The notes below the pieces were generated by a model that saw nothing but the letters and a program-made list of their open reading frames with translations, did not search any database and was not told where the DNA came from. A stretch of 64,000 bases of DNA from Eledone cirrhosa (lineage: Eukaryota), in assembly GCA_964016885.1 (NCBI GenBank), contig OZ024746.1, positions 24,428,001 through 24,492,000 on the forward strand. Direction: 5' to 3'. This document shows positions 58,133-64,000 of the stretch, piece by piece; within the stretch, counting starts at the first letter, position 1, and each line of letters opens with the position of its first letter. A program made the translations under genes and the position numbers.

Positions 58133-58866
58133 TTCTTTTTTCTAATTATAATAATTTCATTTTATTTGATTGCTTACTAAGTTTTCCTTTTGTTGATGGG
58201 CATGAGTTCGAATCTTGGGTTGTCTAATACAAAATATCTCAGTGTCGAACGGGGAGTCGTCTGAAGTAATTTAGACAATTATCTTTACATTCTGATTTCA
58301 AATCTTTCCTTGGTTCCACTTTATGTTCTATCTCCCCAAAATCGATTAAATAAGTACCAGAATTATAATTGGATCAAATTTAATAAATCCTCACGTTATA
58401 TTATTAATCATGGTGGGTTTTCGATCGATTTCGACGATGAGTATTCAATCGTTCAATTATTTGAATGTCGAGTATTCCACAGACAAGTGTACCTTTTTCA
58501 TACTTCTCAGACATGATCAGCCGGACAAAGCTGGACTTGTAGGTATAATCCATTTGACGAAGCTATCATTAAGTCCCTTGCTCAAGAATCCCCAAAGTGG
58601 GATAGATCCAAAAACCTCATGATTCTGAAACGAACTTCATCACCATTCAGCGATGTCTATAAAAGGTACGAATGATTCCAATCTTCCTTGCTCCTCAATC
58701 TTTAAGCATTTGTTCCCCCCCCCTCCCATAGTCAGTCAAAATTGTGAATTAACAGAGTTGTTAGAACGTCGGATAGAATGGTTTGCGGTATTCGTTTCGG
58801 CTCGAGGTCGATAAAAAGTACCAGTCAAGTACTGGGGTAGATTCTTCCTCTATATCTCTTTCTTAC

Positions 58867-58908
<42 letters not shown>

Positions 58909-60069
58909 CTCTGGAAAAAATATGTACTGGAAATGATAAAGAGATATAGAAGAAGAATCGACCCCAGTACTAAACTGGTACTTTATTTTATCGACCTTGA
59001 ATTGGTGGAAGGCAAAGTTGACCCCGGCGGGATTTGAACTCAGAGAGCAGAGAACGGAAACAAATACCACAAAGAATTCTATCCGACGTTCTAACAACTT
59101 TGCCAATTAGCCGCTCTTAAAGAAATCCTTAGTTATTATCACAGCAACTTTTATTATTGCCTCGACCCCTTTTATCCCCCCCCCCCCCCCCACACACACA
59201 CACCTCAAGCGATATTTTCATGGCTGTCTCACACTTTCTTCCCCCGCATCCAATTAATCCTTTCAGTTTATAAACTCAAACCCTTTTCACCTTCCACCCG
59301 TAAAATATTAACAACCACACGCCATTCTGGCTTTATTATTCTCAGCACCGTCTACCATTTGATTGTTTATTATATAGAATACGTTAAACAATGTATTCTG
59401 TTTTCTAATGCTTGTCTCCCTTGAAATAAACTAATCTTTTTGTTTGTCTCCCTCCTTTTTCCAACAACCTTACCTTATATTATAAAACTCATGTTTGCAT
59501 TCTTCCCTATTTAGTTCTATTATAATTTAAATCCCACATGGCATACATCAATTATTGCCTTTTCTTTTCCTTTTATCAATTCTATCGATTTGTCATATGC
59601 AAAAGAGAAATCTCAATTGTTTTAACCGTTTTATCTTTGTCTTCTTCGTCTTCTCCGATATTATCTGCCATTTTCTCTCACAACTCACGAAAACATTGTT
59701 TAACAGCCTCATTCTTTATAGTTTGCATATCTCAGTCTAGATTTAGTTATTCGTGTTCAAATGGCAATAACCAACCATAGAGAAAAGGTTAATGTTTCCC
59801 CGAAGATGGGGAAATTTCCCTCCGGGGATATATAAGATAGAATTTCAACTTTAAAATAGTGAAAATGAGAATAAGTTAGTATAAAAAACAAAAGAAGAAA
59901 AGCAATGAAAATTATAACTCTATAGTTATCGTTGTTCTTCTAACAAAGGAAATAATGAGTCATTGAATGCTCTTTGTTTATGTACCAGCTTTTCAGATAT
60001 TGCTATTATTTTACAAATGAAAGTAAATATCTATATGTATGTACATGCATGTATATGTATGTATGATGT

Positions 60070-60107
<38 letters not shown>

Positions 60108-60165
60108 CACAAACACATATATATATATACTCTTTTACTCTTTTAAAAGAGTATATATATGTGTG

Positions 60166-60229
<64 letters not shown>

Positions 60230-60644
60230 TGTATATATATACATATATACATAACTGTACATGCGTACACTAGTTACAAATTTATATATATATCATATTA
60301 TACGTATATTATATATATATATATAAATAAATATATACATACATATATATATGTTTATATATATATGTGTGCGTGCGTGTGTGTATATATGTATATACAC
60401 ATCTATATAAATATGTGTGTGGGTGTGTGTTACCACATGTGTATACATATATATAACGGCATGCCATGAAGCAGCAGGATAGTTCAGCATGTAACAGGCA
60501 ACACAGTCACACAGTCACACAGTCACACAGTCACACAGTTACACAGTCACACAGTCACATATTGTGAATTAAGAAGGAATTCTAAGGAGTTACAACAACG
60601 TTTACAGTCAGTGTGTAAATACCTGTCCCAATATATCACAGCAT

Positions 60645-60760
<116 letters not shown>

Positions 60761-60798
60761 GCACGCACACACGAACACACGAACACACACACACACAT

Positions 60799-60846
<48 letters not shown>

Positions 60847-60901
60847 GAACACGCACACGCATACACATCCACCCATAGCTATTGATATACATACATACAT
60901 G

Positions 60902-60976
<75 letters not shown>

Positions 60977-60997
60977 GTATGTATATAGATACATGTA

Positions 60998-61041
<44 letters not shown>

Positions 61042-61126
61042 CACACACACGCACACACACACACACATATATATATATATACATACATATATACACACAT
61101 ATATACATACATATATATATACATAC

Positions 61127-61164
<38 letters not shown>

Positions 61165-61320
61165 ACACATACATGTATCTGTATACAGTTATAGATATAT
61201 ATATATATATTATATAGTTCAAGAATAAACGAGACAAACGCAGAAACGTATATACATACACACACATATATACATCTACATATATGTATATATATACATA
61301 CATATATACATCTACATATA

Positions 61321-61379
<59 letters not shown>

Positions 61380-61439
61380 ATGTATATGTGTGTGTGTGTA
61401 AGTAAATATATATATATATATTTACACATACACACACAT

Positions 61440-61473
<34 letters not shown>

Positions 61474-61475
61474 GC

Positions 61476-61607
<132 letters not shown>

Positions 61608-62099
61608 ATATATACATGTATGTATATGTGTGTGTAAATATATATATATATATTACACATATGGATATGTGTATGTATAATTGTATATATGCTTCATTGT
61701 TTGAAAATGTTATAAATGCTTTGTTTTGTATACATATATGTTTGCATAGAAATTTCTATATGGAGGGGCGGATACTATAACAGATTAGTGAATGACATTG
61801 TCTCATGGTGCAAACATTTGTAGAGTCAAAAGTAATGAGTTCAAAACATCCAGATGCATGGGCCCTTAATACTGAAGTATACGTCGTTGTCTCTATTTTT
61901 GACCGTTGGTCAGTCAATGGCAACATTGAGGACCGAATAAATTAAATTAACCGATATAAAAGACACAGAAGCGAAAAGCGAAAACCAACCAAACAGTGAG
62001 TGTGTTCTGTTATTAATTCTGGCAATATTACACAAATATGACTGACCCTCCCCAAGTATAACAATATATATATATATAAATATATATACATTCTGTATT

Positions 62100-62600
62100 C
62101 CCATGATGTGGTCGAGAGGAAGGACACAGCCTGGGCGGCTCGCCACAGTTTGTGATCAGTGTGGAAGTCGCACCTTCGTAAAGGCCTGAAGATCCGTCTC
62201 TTCGTTGCTGTAGGGGAGTCTGTGCTGCTGTATGGGTCTCAGACTTGGACACTGACCAAGAAACTCACTCAGATGCTGGATGGGTGCTACACGAGAATGC
62301 TCAGGATGACTCTGAACATTAATCAGTATACACTGAGGATGAAGAACTCAGAGCTGTACGGGAGCCTCCCAAAAGTCAGCTCAAATGTAGCACAGAGGAG
62401 AGTGAGGTTAGCTGGACCTGCTCACCGACATCCAGAGTTGACACTGCACTCAGTGCTCCTGTGGGAGCCCATGCATTGACACACTGGAAGAAGAAGACCG
62501 AGGTTGACATATGTTGATGCCCTAAGGACAGACGCAGGACATGGAAGCGATGACGAGGGACAGAGACCGCTGGAGAGAACTCGTGCATAGATCTCGGGGA
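62100..62600 (+). mobile_element. RTE-clade LINE 3' fragment
   Basis: WKSHLRKGLKIRLFVAVGESVLLYGSQTWTLTKK...LDGCYTRMLR...RRVRLAG..HRHPE..LLWEP matches the RTE post-RT region. Confidence 0.8.
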
Positions 62601-62660
62601 ATTTTACCCGCCCTATATATATATATGTGTGTGTGTATATATATGTATATGTATACATAA

Positions 62661-63106
<446 letters not shown>

Positions 63107-63375
63107 ATATATTATATATATATATATATACATATATACATATATATATATATACACATATATATATATATGTATGTATATATATATCCGTATTTGATTG
63201 ACAGCTGAGAGAAAGGAGTACTCAATACTGGAGTAGAGTTTTAATTTTCAGTAGAATGAGCCGCTCGTTCCTGCCCTTGACATGGCTTAAAAGAGGGTGT
63301 TTGCATAATTGCAAGCGAATCGAATATTATTATTAATATTCGAAAAACTCAGATTACACTTAACTTTTTGTTAGT

Positions 63376-63515
<140 letters not shown>

Positions 63516-63563
63516 ATTTTATAGAAGGAGCTTCTACAGGACTAGTACTATTTTACCCGCCTT

Positions 63564-63602
<39 letters not shown>

Positions 63603-63605
63603 CCC

Positions 63606-63713
<108 letters not shown>

Positions 63714-63768
63714 ATTTTATAGAAGGAGCTTCTACAGGACTAGTACTATTTTACCCGCCTTAGATATA

Positions 63769-63912
<144 letters not shown>

Positions 63913-64000
63913 GGGCAAAAAGATTGAGAGTGAGGTTGTAATATATGACAAGATGAGACAAAATATGACCAGATAAGATCAATCACTGTGAATTATCACC

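Overview
AT-rich, microsatellite-saturated animal genomic DNA with one 200-N gap. The SINE families and repeat landscape are most consistent with an octopus (coleoid cephalopod); this is an inference. Only one host protein-coding gene is well supported: SNRPD3 (Sm D3), minus strand, two coding exons (12932-12611 and 8000-7945), 125 aa. A probable TATA/Inr promoter and non-coding first exon of a second minus-strand gene lie at about 650-800. The rest is repeats: many tRNA-derived SINEs (several with target-site duplications, TSDs), an internally deleted mariner with an open ORF, a rosa-like remnant, MITEs, Tx1/CR1/RTE LINE fragments, minisatellites and long (TA)n/(CA)n/(GA)n tracts. Almost all ORFs in the supplied track are microsatellite artefacts. 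The main signal is non-coding: about ten type I hammerhead ribozyme (HHR) motifs with intact core nucleotides, plus several degenerate or half motifs. They sit in short cassettes wedged between (TA)n tracts, arranged as head-to-head palindromes (one ribozyme per strand) or as terminally redundant units. This points to a non-autonomous Penelope-like/retrozyme system targeting (TA)n. Folds were derived by eye and no activity is shown.
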